Assembly: GCA_047630395.1 (NCBI GenBank)
Contig: JBLHXM010000004.1
Span: forward strand, 867-64,866
From: Dokdonia sp.
GTDB taxonomy: Bacteria > Bacteroidota > Bacteroidia > Flavobacteriales > Flavobacteriaceae
Direction: 5' to 3'
Length of the DNA stretch: 64,000 bases
Positions 18,674-28,086 of the stretch are shown here, piece by piece. The notes under the pieces were generated by a model that saw nothing but the letters and a program-made list of their open reading frames with translations, did no database searches and was not told where the DNA came from. A program made the translations under genes and the position numbers. Numbering within the stretch: the stretch's first letter is position 1; the number at the start of each line of letters is the position of its first letter.

Positions 18674-19384
18674 ATGAAAACGATTAAAATAATTTTTGTA
18701 TTTCTATGTGTAGCAAAACTTTCGGCGCAAGACACCGACGCTTATTTTGCAGATGCTGATATTTTCTTTGCTGCGCATGTAACCAATGGACGTGTCGATT
18801 ATAAAACGATTAAAAATGATCCTTCATCCTTAGATGCATTGCTTGTGCAGGCAGCTGCCATCAGAGTAACAACGGCTAATGCCGATTCCTACAAGGCTTT
18901 TTGGATCAATACGTATAACTTAGCTGTTATCAAGGGTGTTATCTCCAAATACCCTGTGAAATCACCGCTAAAAATTGGTGGCTTTTTTGATAATATGAAA
19001 TATGAGGTGGGAGGTATACATACAACGCTTAATGATATTGAAAATAAACTCTTACGGGCTAAATTTCCTTCCGAACCTCGCTTTCACTTTACCCTGGTAT
19101 GTGCGGGTCTTGGATGTCCTCCTATTATTGGAGAAGCATACGCGCCAGCCAAACTCGAAGCGCAATTACAACGCCAAACAGTCATCGCTTTAAACAATCC
19201 TAACTTTATTAGAGTGAAAGGAAATAAAGTCCAACTCTCGCAAATATTTGAGTGGTATAAAGAAGATTTCATACAAAATGGGAGTGAAGTTGAATACATT
19301 AACACCTTCCGAAAAGAGGCGATTCCTGTCAAAGCAAAAGTATCCTATTACCCATATGACTGGACGCTCAACGCTTCTAAATAA
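18674..19384 (+). CDS. DUF547-domain secreted protein
   Basis: Signal peptide, and the 'FWINTYNLAVIKG' and 'RFHFTLVCAGLGCPPI' motifs typical of DUF547. Confidence 0.7.
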   Translation: MKTIKIIFVFLCVAKLSAQDTDAYFADADIFFAAHVTNGRVDYKTIKNDPSSLDALLVQAAAIRVTTANADSYKAFWINTYNLAVIKGVISKYPVKSPLKIGGFFDNMKYEVGGIHTTLNDIENKLLRAKFPSEPRFHFTLVCAGLGCPPIIGEAYAPAKLEAQLQRQTVIALNNPNFIRVKGNKVQLSQIFEWYKEDFIQNGSEVEYINTFRKEAIPVKAKVSYYPYDWTLNASK

Positions 19385-19412
19385 ACACAGATCTAAATTT
19401 TAAGTATTCCTG

Positions 19413-19439
19413 CCTGAACCAATTAGCGTCAGGTTCAGG
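19413..19439 (+). terminator. hairpin after the DUF547 gene (weak terminator)
   Basis: Stem CCTGAACC (19413-19420) / GGTTCAGG (19432-19439) with an 11-nt loop. The T tract is poor. Confidence 0.3.
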
Positions 19440-19494
19440 AAGGACAATTTTCAAAACTACAACAGTCGCGAAAGCGAAAATTAAAACTCAAAAA

Positions 19495-20370
19495 ATGAAG
19501 AAAACTATTATTTTAGGACTTATGGCGTTGTTCACAATAAGCGCAATAGCCCAGGAAGAAGAAGCACAGGAAGAGACAGGATCAGTAATCCAGACACTGA
19601 CTCCTTCAAAACTCATTGGTAAAGGACAATTTGATATTAAATGGTTTAATAACTTGTACACGCAAACGGAAAGTACTTTTTCTGAAGGAATTGAACCAAG
19701 ACAAACATTCTTTACCTCTACCTTAGAAGTATACACAGGTGTGACGGAAAATAAAAGAGTAAACGTAGGTCTTATTTTAGAGGCAAGATCTAATGTTATT
19801 GCAGATCGTAATGCATTGGACGTTTTTAGTTTTGATGGGGAAAGAGGAACCGCAAGAAGTGGTTTGACCTCTATTGCGCCATCTATTAAGTTTGTGCCTT
19901 TTGGCACTGTAAAGAATTTCTCTATTCAGAGTTCTCTTTTTATTCCTTTAGTAGATAACGAAAGCGAAGAAGGAGTGTTCTTGGATCAGAATGGATTCAC
20001 ATGGCAAAACCGCTTTTTCTTGGATCATACTTTTGGTGGTGGAGATTGGCAAGTTTTCGGAGAGCTTAATACCGAGTTACATTTTGGAGATGAAGACAAA
20101 AGTTTTGCAAACAATAGTTTGAGCCTTACGCCCGGCGTATTTTTAAGTTATTTTCCATCATCAAAATTTACGGTTCTCGCTTTGGCGCAGCATTCACAGC
20201 GTATCGATTTAGGAAATGAGTTTTCGCAAGATTTTACTGCCGTAGGGGGTGGTGCTAAATATCAGCTCACAGATTCATTAAACATAGAGGCCTTATACAC
20301 TAACTTCATTCGAGGGAATGATACAGGTTTAGGTGAAACCTTCAATATAGGTCTACGCGCAGTATTTTAG
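19495..20370 (+). CDS. putative outer-membrane beta-barrel protein, function unknown
   Basis: Signal peptide 'LFTISAIAQ', an alternating beta-strand pattern and a C-terminal aromatic residue ('GLRAVF'). Confidence 0.45.
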   Translation: MKKTIILGLMALFTISAIAQEEEAQEETGSVIQTLTPSKLIGKGQFDIKWFNNLYTQTESTFSEGIEPRQTFFTSTLEVYTGVTENKRVNVGLILEARSNVIADRNALDVFSFDGERGTARSGLTSIAPSIKFVPFGTVKNFSIQSSLFIPLVDNESEEGVFLDQNGFTWQNRFFLDHTFGGGDWQVFGELNTELHFGDEDKSFANNSLSLTPGVFLSYFPSSKFTVLALAQHSQRIDLGNEFSQDFTAVGGGAKYQLTDSLNIEALYTNFIRGNDTGLGETFNIGLRAVF

Positions 20371-20512
20371 AAATAGGATAGTGACTTAGGATGTTATAAT
20401 CCTAAGACCCTATTTGTAAATGTCCCGCCTTGCTTTAATGTCGACTAGATAAGTAGTGCGGGCATTGTTTTTTTAACGTTTTGCTATGAAAAAAATAGAG
20501 TAATTTCAAGAA

Positions 20513-21529
20513 ATGAAAAGATATACGGGAATCAGTGTGATTCGATTATGTGTTCTATTATTTTTATTCCAAAGTTGTACGGCGCAATCGTCGAAGATCA
20601 ACGGGATTAGTTTTGTAGCTTCTCGAGAAAAAGCGACACAAGTTCATGTAGAGCCTGTTAAAGATTTGGGCGCAAACCATGCAGCTGTAATGCCGTTTGG
20701 GTTCATTCGCAGCACTGAAAACCCAAAGATCATGTATAATACAGATAGGCAATGGTATGGCGAGCGCAGGGATGGGGCCAAGGATTATATAGAGCTGCTT
20801 CACACAAATAATGTGTCGGTCATGTTAAAACCTCAAATTTGGATTTCGCACGGCGAATTCACTGGCTATCTCAAGATGGAAGATGAAGCAGGTTGGAAAG
20901 TGCTGGAAGATTCGTATCGAAGTTTTATCCTAGAATATGCCGAACTGGCTCAAGAGACTAGTGTGGCGCTTTTTTCTATTGGTACTGAGATGGAGCAGTT
21001 TGTTGTAAACAGACCGAGCTACTGGAAGGATTTAATTAAAGATATAAAGACAATTTACAAAGGGAAGCTAACCTATGCAGCCAATTGGGATGAATACAAA
21101 AAAGTACCTTTTTGGGATGAGATGGATTTGGTAGGTATTGATGGGTATTTCCCCCTTTGTGATAAAGTGACACCTACTGTTGAAAGTGCACGAGCTGGAT
21201 GGCAGCAGTGGAAGCTGGAATTGTCCACTTTCGCGAAAGCACAATCCAAAAAAATTCTTTTTACCGAGTGGGGATACCGCAGTGTGGACTATGCAGGAAA
21301 AGAGCCTTGGACGTCTGATCGATCTATGACAAGTGTTAACCTAGAAGCGCAAGCAAATGTAACACGGGCGACCTTTGAAGAGTTATGGTCTGAAGATTGG
21401 TTTGCAGGCGGTTTTGTATGGAAGTGGTTCATTCATCATGATCGTGCGGGTGGTCTAGAGAACAATCGATTTACGCCTCAAAATAAACCCGCAGAAGCGG
21501 TCATCAAAGAATATTATGCGGTACACTAG
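20513..21529 (+). CDS. clan GH-A (TIM-barrel) glycoside hydrolase-like lipoprotein
   Basis: Lipobox 'LFQSC'. Candidate catalytic glutamates in 'SIGTEMEQF' and 'ILFTEWGY'. The family cannot be assigned by eye. Confidence 0.5.
   Translation: MKRYTGISVIRLCVLLFLFQSCTAQSSKINGISFVASREKATQVHVEPVKDLGANHAAVMPFGFIRSTENPKIMYNTDRQWYGERRDGAKDYIELLHTNNVSVMLKPQIWISHGEFTGYLKMEDEAGWKVLEDSYRSFILEYAELAQETSVALFSIGTEMEQFVVNRPSYWKDLIKDIKTIYKGKLTYAANWDEYKKVPFWDEMDLVGIDGYFPLCDKVTPTVESARAGWQQWKLELSTFAKAQSKKILFTEWGYRSVDYAGKEPWTSDRSMTSVNLEAQANVTRATFEELWSEDWFAGGFVWKWFIHHDRAGGLENNRFTPQNKPAEAVIKEYYAVH
21227..21240. repeat. palindrome, one mismatch (ACTTTCGCGAAAGC)
   Basis: Inside the GH-like CDS, read as T-F-A-K-A. Confidence 0.9.
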
Positions 21530-22262
21530 ACTTTATTTTTGTTGTATGTTATTCTTCTTTGTCGCTTGTGCTTCTTCCGATGAGCCAGGAGATATTGTAA
21601 CCGAACAACAGACCCTAGCAATCTTAGTGGCGCAAAGCGCCTTTGAAATTGATACTGTAATTGCCTGTGCATCGGGATCATCAAATTCAAATGAAATTGT
21701 TGTCTACGTCTATCCTAGAGCAAATGCTACTGCCCTGAAATACTTTGAAACCGAAGATGCCTCGGTAGATGAAAATGACTATAATGCTTATACGGAGGTG
21801 ACGCTTCCTGCGGAAGATTTCTTTAACGGATACCTCAAAACCTTTACCCGTGAAACGGAGGTTGAGCGGTGGGTAATTATAAGCTTTCGCGAAAGCGGAA
21901 AGCTACACCTTTCAGGTCCCATTCGCTTGAAGCATATATCCCAAAACACAGTGTTTTCAAGTGCCGTTACTATTGATCAATCGATATTAGGGTCTCCGGT
22001 ATTTAGTTGGAGTACGCTTGCAAGTGCTCAGAACGCTATTTATTTTCAGGTAGTGTCTAATGGAATGAATGATCTTCTGTCCGGCACCTACACCACCGAA
22101 ACTGATTTTCAATATTATGAGGTGGATAATGTGGTGCTTAATATCACGACAGAGACCCCTCCTGATCTTAGTTTGGGAAATGAATATGGTTTTACCTTAA
22201 TGGGTGTGAGTGAGGATAACTGGGTGAACGATCTCGTACAAATTCCTTTTGTAGCAAATTAG
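21516..22262 (+). CDS. hypothetical lipoprotein
   Basis: Lipobox 'FFVAC'. No recognisable domain. An alternative ATG lies at 21546. Confidence 0.45.
   Translation: MRYTRLYFCCMLFFFVACASSDEPGDIVTEQQTLAILVAQSAFEIDTVIACASGSSNSNEIVVYVYPRANATALKYFETEDASVDENDYNAYTEVTLPAEDFFNGYLKTFTRETEVERWVIISFRESGKLHLSGPIRLKHISQNTVFSSAVTIDQSILGSPVFSWSTLASAQNAIYFQVVSNGMNDLLSGTYTTETDFQYYEVDNVVLNITTETPPDLSLGNEYGFTLMGVSEDNWVNDLVQIPFVAN
21883..21896. repeat. palindrome GCTTTCGCGAAAGC, exact
   Basis: Inside CDS 21516-22262, read in the second frame as S-F-R-E-S. Confidence 0.95.
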
Positions 22263-22407
22263 TTGTTTGTATTGTAATTCCGTACTTTTTTTCTCGTCCT
22301 ATGATGGGTTGATCGCTTTTTAGATTAGGAAAATATCAGACTGATATTCAATGACTCCTAATCCAGAATAATAATCCTATTTTAGTTTTCTTAATATAAA
22401 TCCTACA

Positions 22408-23670
22408 ATGCCTTTACGATATTTAATTCTTGTCTTAGTATTTTTTGCGAATCAAAGCTATGGGCAGGAAGCGCGGGTCTTAGATTTGAAAGTGCAAGGA
22501 AATAAGCGATTAAAGACTTCTTTTGTTCGCTTAATTAGCGAACTTAAACCGGGCGCTGTTTTAGACTCGGCGATTATTGAGCAAGACATCATTCGATTGA
22601 AGCGACTGCCTTCTGTGAGTCATGCGTATTATCAGGTGTTTGAGTCTGAGCCCAATGTCTTCAATGTTTTTTATACTATTCAGGAAAATTTCACGCTCAT
22701 TCCTCAGCTCAATGTGTATACGACCAATAATGATGAATTTGCGTATCGCGTAGGATTGTATGAATACAATACTTTAGGTCGTAGCGTGGCCTTTGGAGGC
22801 TTTTATCAAAAGGATATTTACGATTCCTATGGTGTGAACGTACGTGCCCCATTTCTATTTAATAATAAAGTAGGGATTGCCCTCAATTTTCAAGACTTGA
22901 CAACCCAAGAGCCTGTTTTTTTGGATGAAGGTGTTGCCAATTATAAATATAACAATACCTCTTTTGAGGTGTTGGGGTTATATGCCTTCAATTTTAAGCA
23001 TCGGGTAGAGTTAGGAGTTACTTTTTTTAATGAAGATTACTCGTTTTTGACGGGCGCTACTAATCCATCTATTCCGCAAGACTTTAATATTGACAAAGAG
23101 TTGTATAAAGCGATTTATGAGTACAATGGATTGGACTATTCCTATCAATTTACGTCTGGATTTAAGAGTACGTTCAATTTTCAGTATGTGATTTCTTCAG
23201 ATGCGACCTTGCCTGACTTTTTAATAGGATGGAATGATTTTCAGTATTTTGCGAGAGTAGGAGATTTTGGAAATTGGGCCAGTCGTTTGCGATTGGGTTT
23301 GGCGTCCAATAGGGATTCTCCATTTGCTCCTTTTTCGGTAGATAATAATTTGAATATTAGGGGGGTTGGAAATACGATCGACAGAGGCACGGGCGCTATT
23401 GTTTTAAATACGGAATACCGACATACAGTATATGAGAAAGATTGGTTTATTCTGCAAGCGAATGCCTTTATTGATGGAGGTACTTGGCGTAATCCAGGAG
23501 GAGATTTCGGTGATTTTAGTGATGATCAGAACCTAAGAATCTATCCAGGGATTGGTGTACGCTTTATTCATAAACAGATATTCAATGCTACGTTTCGAGT
23601 AGATTATGGTTACGGGATTACGCCCGGAGCCACCAGCGGATTGGTCTTTGGTATTGGTCAGTATTTCTAG
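22408..23670 (+). CDS. Omp85/BamA-family outer-membrane protein with a single POTRA domain
   Basis: Signal peptide, POTRA-like 'VLDLKVQGNKRLKTSFVRLISELKPGAVLD', a beta-barrel-like remainder and a terminal 'GIGQYF'. Confidence 0.6.
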   Translation: MPLRYLILVLVFFANQSYGQEARVLDLKVQGNKRLKTSFVRLISELKPGAVLDSAIIEQDIIRLKRLPSVSHAYYQVFESEPNVFNVFYTIQENFTLIPQLNVYTTNNDEFAYRVGLYEYNTLGRSVAFGGFYQKDIYDSYGVNVRAPFLFNNKVGIALNFQDLTTQEPVFLDEGVANYKYNNTSFEVLGLYAFNFKHRVELGVTFFNEDYSFLTGATNPSIPQDFNIDKELYKAIYEYNGLDYSYQFTSGFKSTFNFQYVISSDATLPDFLIGWNDFQYFARVGDFGNWASRLRLGLASNRDSPFAPFSVDNNLNIRGVGNTIDRGTGAIVLNTEYRHTVYEKDWFILQANAFIDGGTWRNPGGDFGDFSDDQNLRIYPGIGVRFIHKQIFNATFRVDYGYGITPGATSGLVFGIGQYF

Positions 23671-24353
23671 GAAACAATGTGTTTTTGATAATACTGGAAT
23701 AATTCTTTTGGCGAAGCTCCAAACCATTTTTTGACATAGATCACCCAAAAATGATATTGTAATTTCCAAGTGCCACTACTTTGATAACGCCTCGCTGAGG
23801 TGATTATCCGTTCCTGAATAACTACGAACTCTCCGCGCTCGTAGAGTTTGTTGATGAGGTCATTGTCTTCGTAAATCATATAAGATTCATCAAAACCTCC
23901 TAGTTCATTGAATAATTTTTTGGTAATAAACTGACTCTGATCTCCACCGCGGCAGGCTCTCCATTCGAATTTTGTAAGCCATCCTGCTAAGCGAAGCCAC
24001 CAGTGCGAACTGTCAAATTGCATTCTAAAGCATCCAGCTTCATTCCATTGTTTCACTTCCTTTTGGATGAGGGTGTCATAATTTTCCGGAGGAAAAGAAT
24101 CGGCATGTAGAAAGTAGAGGATTTCATGTTGTGCTATACGAGCACCGGCATTCATTTGTACAGCTCTGCCCTTACTAGCTGAAATTACGGTGATATTGTG
24201 CGCTTTCGCGAAAGCGATTGTCTCATCACTACTTCCGCCATCCACAACAATAATTTCTGGTTTGATGACACTGCATTCTTTTAAATGATCTAACAAACGA
24301 CCAATGTTTTCAGCTTCGTTTAAGGTTGGGATGATCACCGAAATTTTGGACAT
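23667..24353 (-). CDS. family-2 glycosyltransferase (TIGR04283-like, rSAM/selenodomain-associated type)
   Basis: 'ISVIIPTLNEAENI' and 'VVDGGSSDET' GT2 motifs. ATG at 24353 sits 5 nt after the upstream DUF547 stop. Confidence 0.7.
   Translation of the reverse strand: MSKISVIIPTLNEAENIGRLLDHLKECSVIKPEIIVVDGGSSDETIAFAKAHNITVISASKGRAVQMNAGARIAQHEILYFLHADSFPPENYDTLIQKEVKQWNEAGCFRMQFDSSHWWLRLAGWLTKFEWRACRGGDQSQFITKKLFNELGGFDESYMIYEDNDLINKLYERGEFVVIQERIITSARRYQSSGTWKLQYHFWVIYVKKWFGASPKELFQYYQKHIVS
24201..24216. repeat. palindrome, exact, 16 bp (CGCTTTCGCGAAAGCG)
   Basis: Inside the minus-strand GT2 gene, read as A-F-A-K-A. Confidence 0.95.
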
Positions 24354-24357
24354 GTTT

Positions 24358-25272
24358 TTAGTTGTTAAGTGTCCAGTCATAGTCCTTGTATCGTTTCTTT
24401 GCTTTTGGCGAGATCGCCGTATCTGAATATTTGTTCAGGAAATCGATAAGTGAACCATTTGTTTTGAAATCTTTGGAAAACCAATTAAATATTTTAGAAA
24501 CTTCAATGCTATTTGTGGTAATCGTGTTGCGTTGCGTATCGTTTACAAAGGTGCGAGAGAGCCTGTCTAGTTGTGCGTCGACATCCTGAGCGGTAAAGGC
24601 TTCATTAAGTAATGGTGGGCAAGAAAAAGAAGCGCAGTTGATTCCAAAATGAATTCTAGGATCTCCCATTTTACGTAAAATTTGGTGCTCGATTTCGTTG
24701 AGGTTATACCATTTGTCGCCTAATTTCCAAAGCCGTTGATCCCAAGGATCTTTAATGTCTTTAATACTTGCAAGTGGGTAATTTCTCAAAATAAGATCCA
24801 CCGTCATGGCGTTATAGGCATTCATCCAGTAGGCGAGTTTATTTAGTTGACCCCAACGGTGTGGATCTGGCATGTTCTCACCAAGATATTTAATGTAATC
24901 TCTTAAAACCTTCCATTCTTTTTTAATACCATCGTAATCAACATTTCCTGAAGCAGAAATATGTTTTTTAAGTAGCGCATCAAAGTTAGAATGATTTACA
25001 AATTCGACAGGGATATCTGTCACGATATATACTTCTTCGTCAACAGTATCTTCTATGACTTCCTGAGCAGGAATTTCATTAGTCACAGCGGGTAATTCAG
25101 GAGTTTCTATAATTTCCGTTTCTACCTTCGGCGTCGTTTTGGGAGCTGCTGCAATGATCACTTTTTCTTCAATAACCGTTACGGGGACTGGGGTAGTTGT
25201 TGCAATATTTTTTGATCCGCCGCAGGAGGTCAAAAGAGCTATAAGTACTAGAAGATATAGACTGTTTTTCAT
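24358..25272 (-). CDS. DUF547-domain lipoprotein (second paralogue)
   Basis: Lipobox 'LLTSCGG', and 'YWMNAYNAMTVDLI' and 'RIHFGINCASFSCPPL' DUF547 motifs. Confidence 0.7.
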   Translation of the reverse strand: MKNSLYLLVLIALLTSCGGSKNIATTTPVPVTVIEEKVIIAAAPKTTPKVETEIIETPELPAVTNEIPAQEVIEDTVDEEVYIVTDIPVEFVNHSNFDALLKKHISASGNVDYDGIKKEWKVLRDYIKYLGENMPDPHRWGQLNKLAYWMNAYNAMTVDLILRNYPLASIKDIKDPWDQRLWKLGDKWYNLNEIEHQILRKMGDPRIHFGINCASFSCPPLLNEAFTAQDVDAQLDRLSRTFVNDTQRNTITTNSIEVSKIFNWFSKDFKTNGSLIDFLNKYSDTAISPKAKKRYKDYDWTLNN

Positions 25273-25444
25273 GTGCGTGTTTGTTTCGGTAATCTAACAG
25301 TTTTTGTCGTGATTGGTTTTATGATGCTCATACCAAGTACTTAAACTTAGTCCAATGTTTACATCATACTTTACAGGTACGGACAATTATTTTGTTTGAA
25401 AAACATTAGATCTACAGATGGCTAGCGGCATCAATGTACGAAAC

Positions 25445-25477
25445 AAAAAGGCACAGAAATCTATCTGTGCCTTTTTG
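25445..25477 (-). terminator. bidirectional rho-independent terminator after arsM
   Basis: Stem AGGCACAGA (25449-25457) / TCTGTGCCT (25464-25472), 6-nt loop, with an A-run and a T-run on the flanks. Confidence 0.8.
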
Positions 25478-25493
25478 TTTATACTCTCTTTAC

Positions 25494-25507
25494 GCTTTCG
25501 CGAAAGC
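25494..25507. repeat. palindrome GCTTTCGCGAAAGC, exact
   Basis: The only exact intergenic copy. It abuts the arsM stop codon (25508-25510). Confidence 0.95.
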
Positions 25508-26476
25508 TTAACAACATCCACCGCCATCATAGTGGAAGGTAGACTCACTAATGAAAATATCGCTACGTTCTAAGGCAGCAAGATGTCCTGCAGTTTTGTC
25601 ACAAATCGCAAGCGGTTGATTCTTTATAAGTACGTGTCCTGACTTGTCATCAAAGTAATCTCCTGAACCGTAATAGATGGCTGCTTTTCCTGTGAAGATA
25701 CAAGGGCCATCTGCTGGCATTGGATCTTTAATGGCTGCAATCTCAATCGATTCGATATAGATCAACTCATCTGTTGGGTAATCTTCCGTATTTAAAATAC
25801 GGTAAGGTTTTCTTGCTCTGATTTCAATCGTTCCAAAGCCCTCATCGGTTAGCGCTTTGATATAGTCGGCAATAGGAAGACTACCACTTAGGCAAAGTGC
25901 GCGAAGTGTCGGGTCATTGCGAAGTTCATCGTTCATTTCTTGTTCGCAAGTGGGATCACTCATCACTAAGCGTCCGTGTGGTTTTAATACACGATACATT
26001 TCTTGAACGGCACGTTTTAAGTCTTCAGCTTTGAAGATGTTGAAAAGGCAGTTTTGAGCAGCCACATCAATAGAATTGTCCTCTACAGGTAAGTTCAGTG
26101 CATCTCCTTTTTTAAGTGCTACAAAGTCACTTTTGAACCAAGGGTTCATTTTCTCTGCTTCCATAAAATTTTTACGAGAAGCCTCTAGCATTTCGTCTAC
26201 AACGTCCACCCCTACAACACCGCCTTTGTTACGGTTGAAATAGGCAAACTGAAGCAATTCCATACCGCCTCCTACACCTACGTAGAGCATTCTTGGTTCG
26301 TTGGTTAGATCTCGTGCATTTACGGTGCTTCCGCAGCCGTAATTCATCTCTTGCATGATCTTTGGAATCTTCAAGCCTGGTAGCTCCCAAATTGGATTGG
26401 TTGTACAACAAAGTCCAATGTCTGGAGTTAAAGCGGCTTCTTTATAAACGTCAACTGTCGTATCTAAGTAACTCAT
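25508..26476 (-). CDS. arsM: ArsM-type SAM-dependent arsenite methyltransferase (arsenosugar-cluster type)
   Basis: 322 aa. N-terminal cysteine pair 'GLCCTTNP', 'MNYGCGS', SAM motif 'LYVGVGGGMEL' and a C-terminal 'DGGGCC'. It is the last gene of the rSAM operon. Confidence 0.7.
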   Translation of the reverse strand: MSYLDTTVDVYKEAALTPDIGLCCTTNPIWELPGLKIPKIMQEMNYGCGSTVNARDLTNEPRMLYVGVGGGMELLQFAYFNRNKGGVVGVDVVDEMLEASRKNFMEAEKMNPWFKSDFVALKKGDALNLPVEDNSIDVAAQNCLFNIFKAEDLKRAVQEMYRVLKPHGRLVMSDPTCEQEMNDELRNDPTLRALCLSGSLPIADYIKALTDEGFGTIEIRARKPYRILNTEDYPTDELIYIESIEIAAIKDPMPADGPCIFTGKAAIYYGSGDYFDDKSGHVLIKNQPLAICDKTAGHLAALERSDIFISESTFHYDGGGCC

Positions 26477-26544
26477 ATATTCTATTTGTGGTTTGCCTCA
26501 ATCGCGACCGTCTGTATAGGCTTAGCTGCAATTTGGCGTACGCT

Positions 26545-27357
26545 TTATAAATTTTTTATTAATTCACTAAATAAGCTAATCATTGCAGGTTCTGCTTTAC
26601 CAGCCATTGCAATAATTTCTGATATATCAACAGGTTTTAGATGTTCTGGGTCGCATTCATCTGTGATTACTGACACAGCAATCACAGGGAGTTTTAAATG
26701 GTTGGCCACAATGACTTCTGGGACGGTACTCATTCCAACAGCATCGGCGCCAATTATTTTTAAGTAGCGATACTCTGCACGTGTTTCCAGTTGCGGGCCC
26801 ACTACAGAAGCATACACTCCTTTATGCAGTTGGATGCCTTTTTCTTGAGCAATTTTTTCCAAGGCAGCATTCATAGTTACATCATAGGGTGCGCTCATAT
26901 CTGTAAAGCGCTCTCCTAGCTTTTCAACGCCTTTAAACGCAAGTGGAGAACCTCCTTGCAGATTGATGTGATCGTCGATGAGCATTAAGGATCCCTTCTT
27001 AAAGTCAAGGTTGATGGCTCCTGCTGCATTCGATACTAATAATTTCTGAACGCCCAAGGCATGCATAATACGCACTGGGAAGGTCACATCTGTTAAACTA
27101 TAGCCTTCATACAAGTGGAAACGTCCTTGCATAACAATGACCTTTTTTCCTTCCAAATTTCCATAGATAAGTTTCCCTTTATGGAACTCAACAGTTGCTG
27201 TGGGGAAATTTGGAATATGGTTATAACTCACCGTTTTCAAAACATCAATTTTATCAACCAGTTGGCCAAGGCCTGTGCCTAATATGATTCCTATTTCAGG
27301 AGCTTGAAAGCCTTTCTGTTGTAAATATTCGGTGGTTTCTTGAATGAATTTCTGCAT
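26545..27357 (-). CDS. purine nucleoside phosphorylase (trimeric PNP-I type)
   Basis: 'ILGTGLGQLV', 'MQGRFHLYEGY' and 'GADAVGMSTVPE' motifs. Confidence 0.85.
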   Translation of the reverse strand: MQKFIQETTEYLQQKGFQAPEIGIILGTGLGQLVDKIDVLKTVSYNHIPNFPTATVEFHKGKLIYGNLEGKKVIVMQGRFHLYEGYSLTDVTFPVRIMHALGVQKLLVSNAAGAINLDFKKGSLMLIDDHINLQGGSPLAFKGVEKLGERFTDMSAPYDVTMNAALEKIAQEKGIQLHKGVYASVVGPQLETRAEYRYLKIIGADAVGMSTVPEVIVANHLKLPVIAVSVITDECDPEHLKPVDISEIIAMAGKAEPAMISLFSELIKNL

Positions 27358-27363
27358 ATATTC

Positions 27364-28068
27364 CTATTGGATAATCAATTTCTGTGTAATCTGTTGTCCT
27401 TGAGACATAATCCTTAAGAGATACAATCCTGTTTTTAAATCAGTAATATTTACTGGATTTGTATCACTTACTTGTTGTGCTAGTACCCGTTTTCCAAGGA
27501 TGTCAAAAATAGCAATTTCAGCAGGGTTTTGTAGTCCGCTGATATGGAAATTATCACTTGCAGGATTTGGATAAACATTTACGTGGTCAAGGTTATTTTC
27601 AACAAGACTCAAGGTCGAACAATCCGGCCCTTGGTTGCTTCCTAAATCGGCACGGCCCCATAAAACATCTGCCTGTACACATTGGATTATAATGTAGTCA
27701 AAATCACTCAGATTTACAGCTGCGGGCACATCAAAGGTTTTCATCCCTGTAATTGGGTCATTCATATCTTGACCTCCATTGTCATCTTGTAAAGGTTCGG
27801 TCGTTACCTCTATTTCATTACCGCCTTGTGCAAGTCGGGGAGTGCTAGAAAGAAATACGCGCAATTCAATTCCTTGAACCGTTACGAAGTCGTCTGCAAA
27901 AACAACTTGTTTGCTGCCATCGGTTTGAAACTCTAAAGAAGCCGTTCCTGCAACTGGATATTGTGCAGGATCATCAATAGCTTCAAATTGATCTTCTCGA
28001 GAACATTGTGCCTGACTGATAGTGGTAAATGCAAAGATTGCTAAAAATAATGTAAGTGTAATTTTCAT
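27364..28068 (-). CDS. DM13-domain protein with a T9SS C-terminal sorting domain
   Basis: Signal peptide, DM13-like 'GTASLEFQTDGSKQVVFADDFVTVQGIELRVFLS', and the C-terminal 'VYPNPASDNFHI...GLYLLRIMSQGQQITQKLIIQ'. Confidence 0.6.
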   Translation of the reverse strand: MKITLTLFLAIFAFTTISQAQCSREDQFEAIDDPAQYPVAGTASLEFQTDGSKQVVFADDFVTVQGIELRVFLSSTPRLAQGGNEIEVTTEPLQDDNGGQDMNDPITGMKTFDVPAAVNLSDFDYIIIQCVQADVLWGRADLGSNQGPDCSTLSLVENNLDHVNVYPNPASDNFHISGLQNPAEIAIFDILGKRVLAQQVSDTNPVNITDLKTGLYLLRIMSQGQQITQKLIIQ

Positions 28069-28086
28069 ATCATATATAGGATTTAA

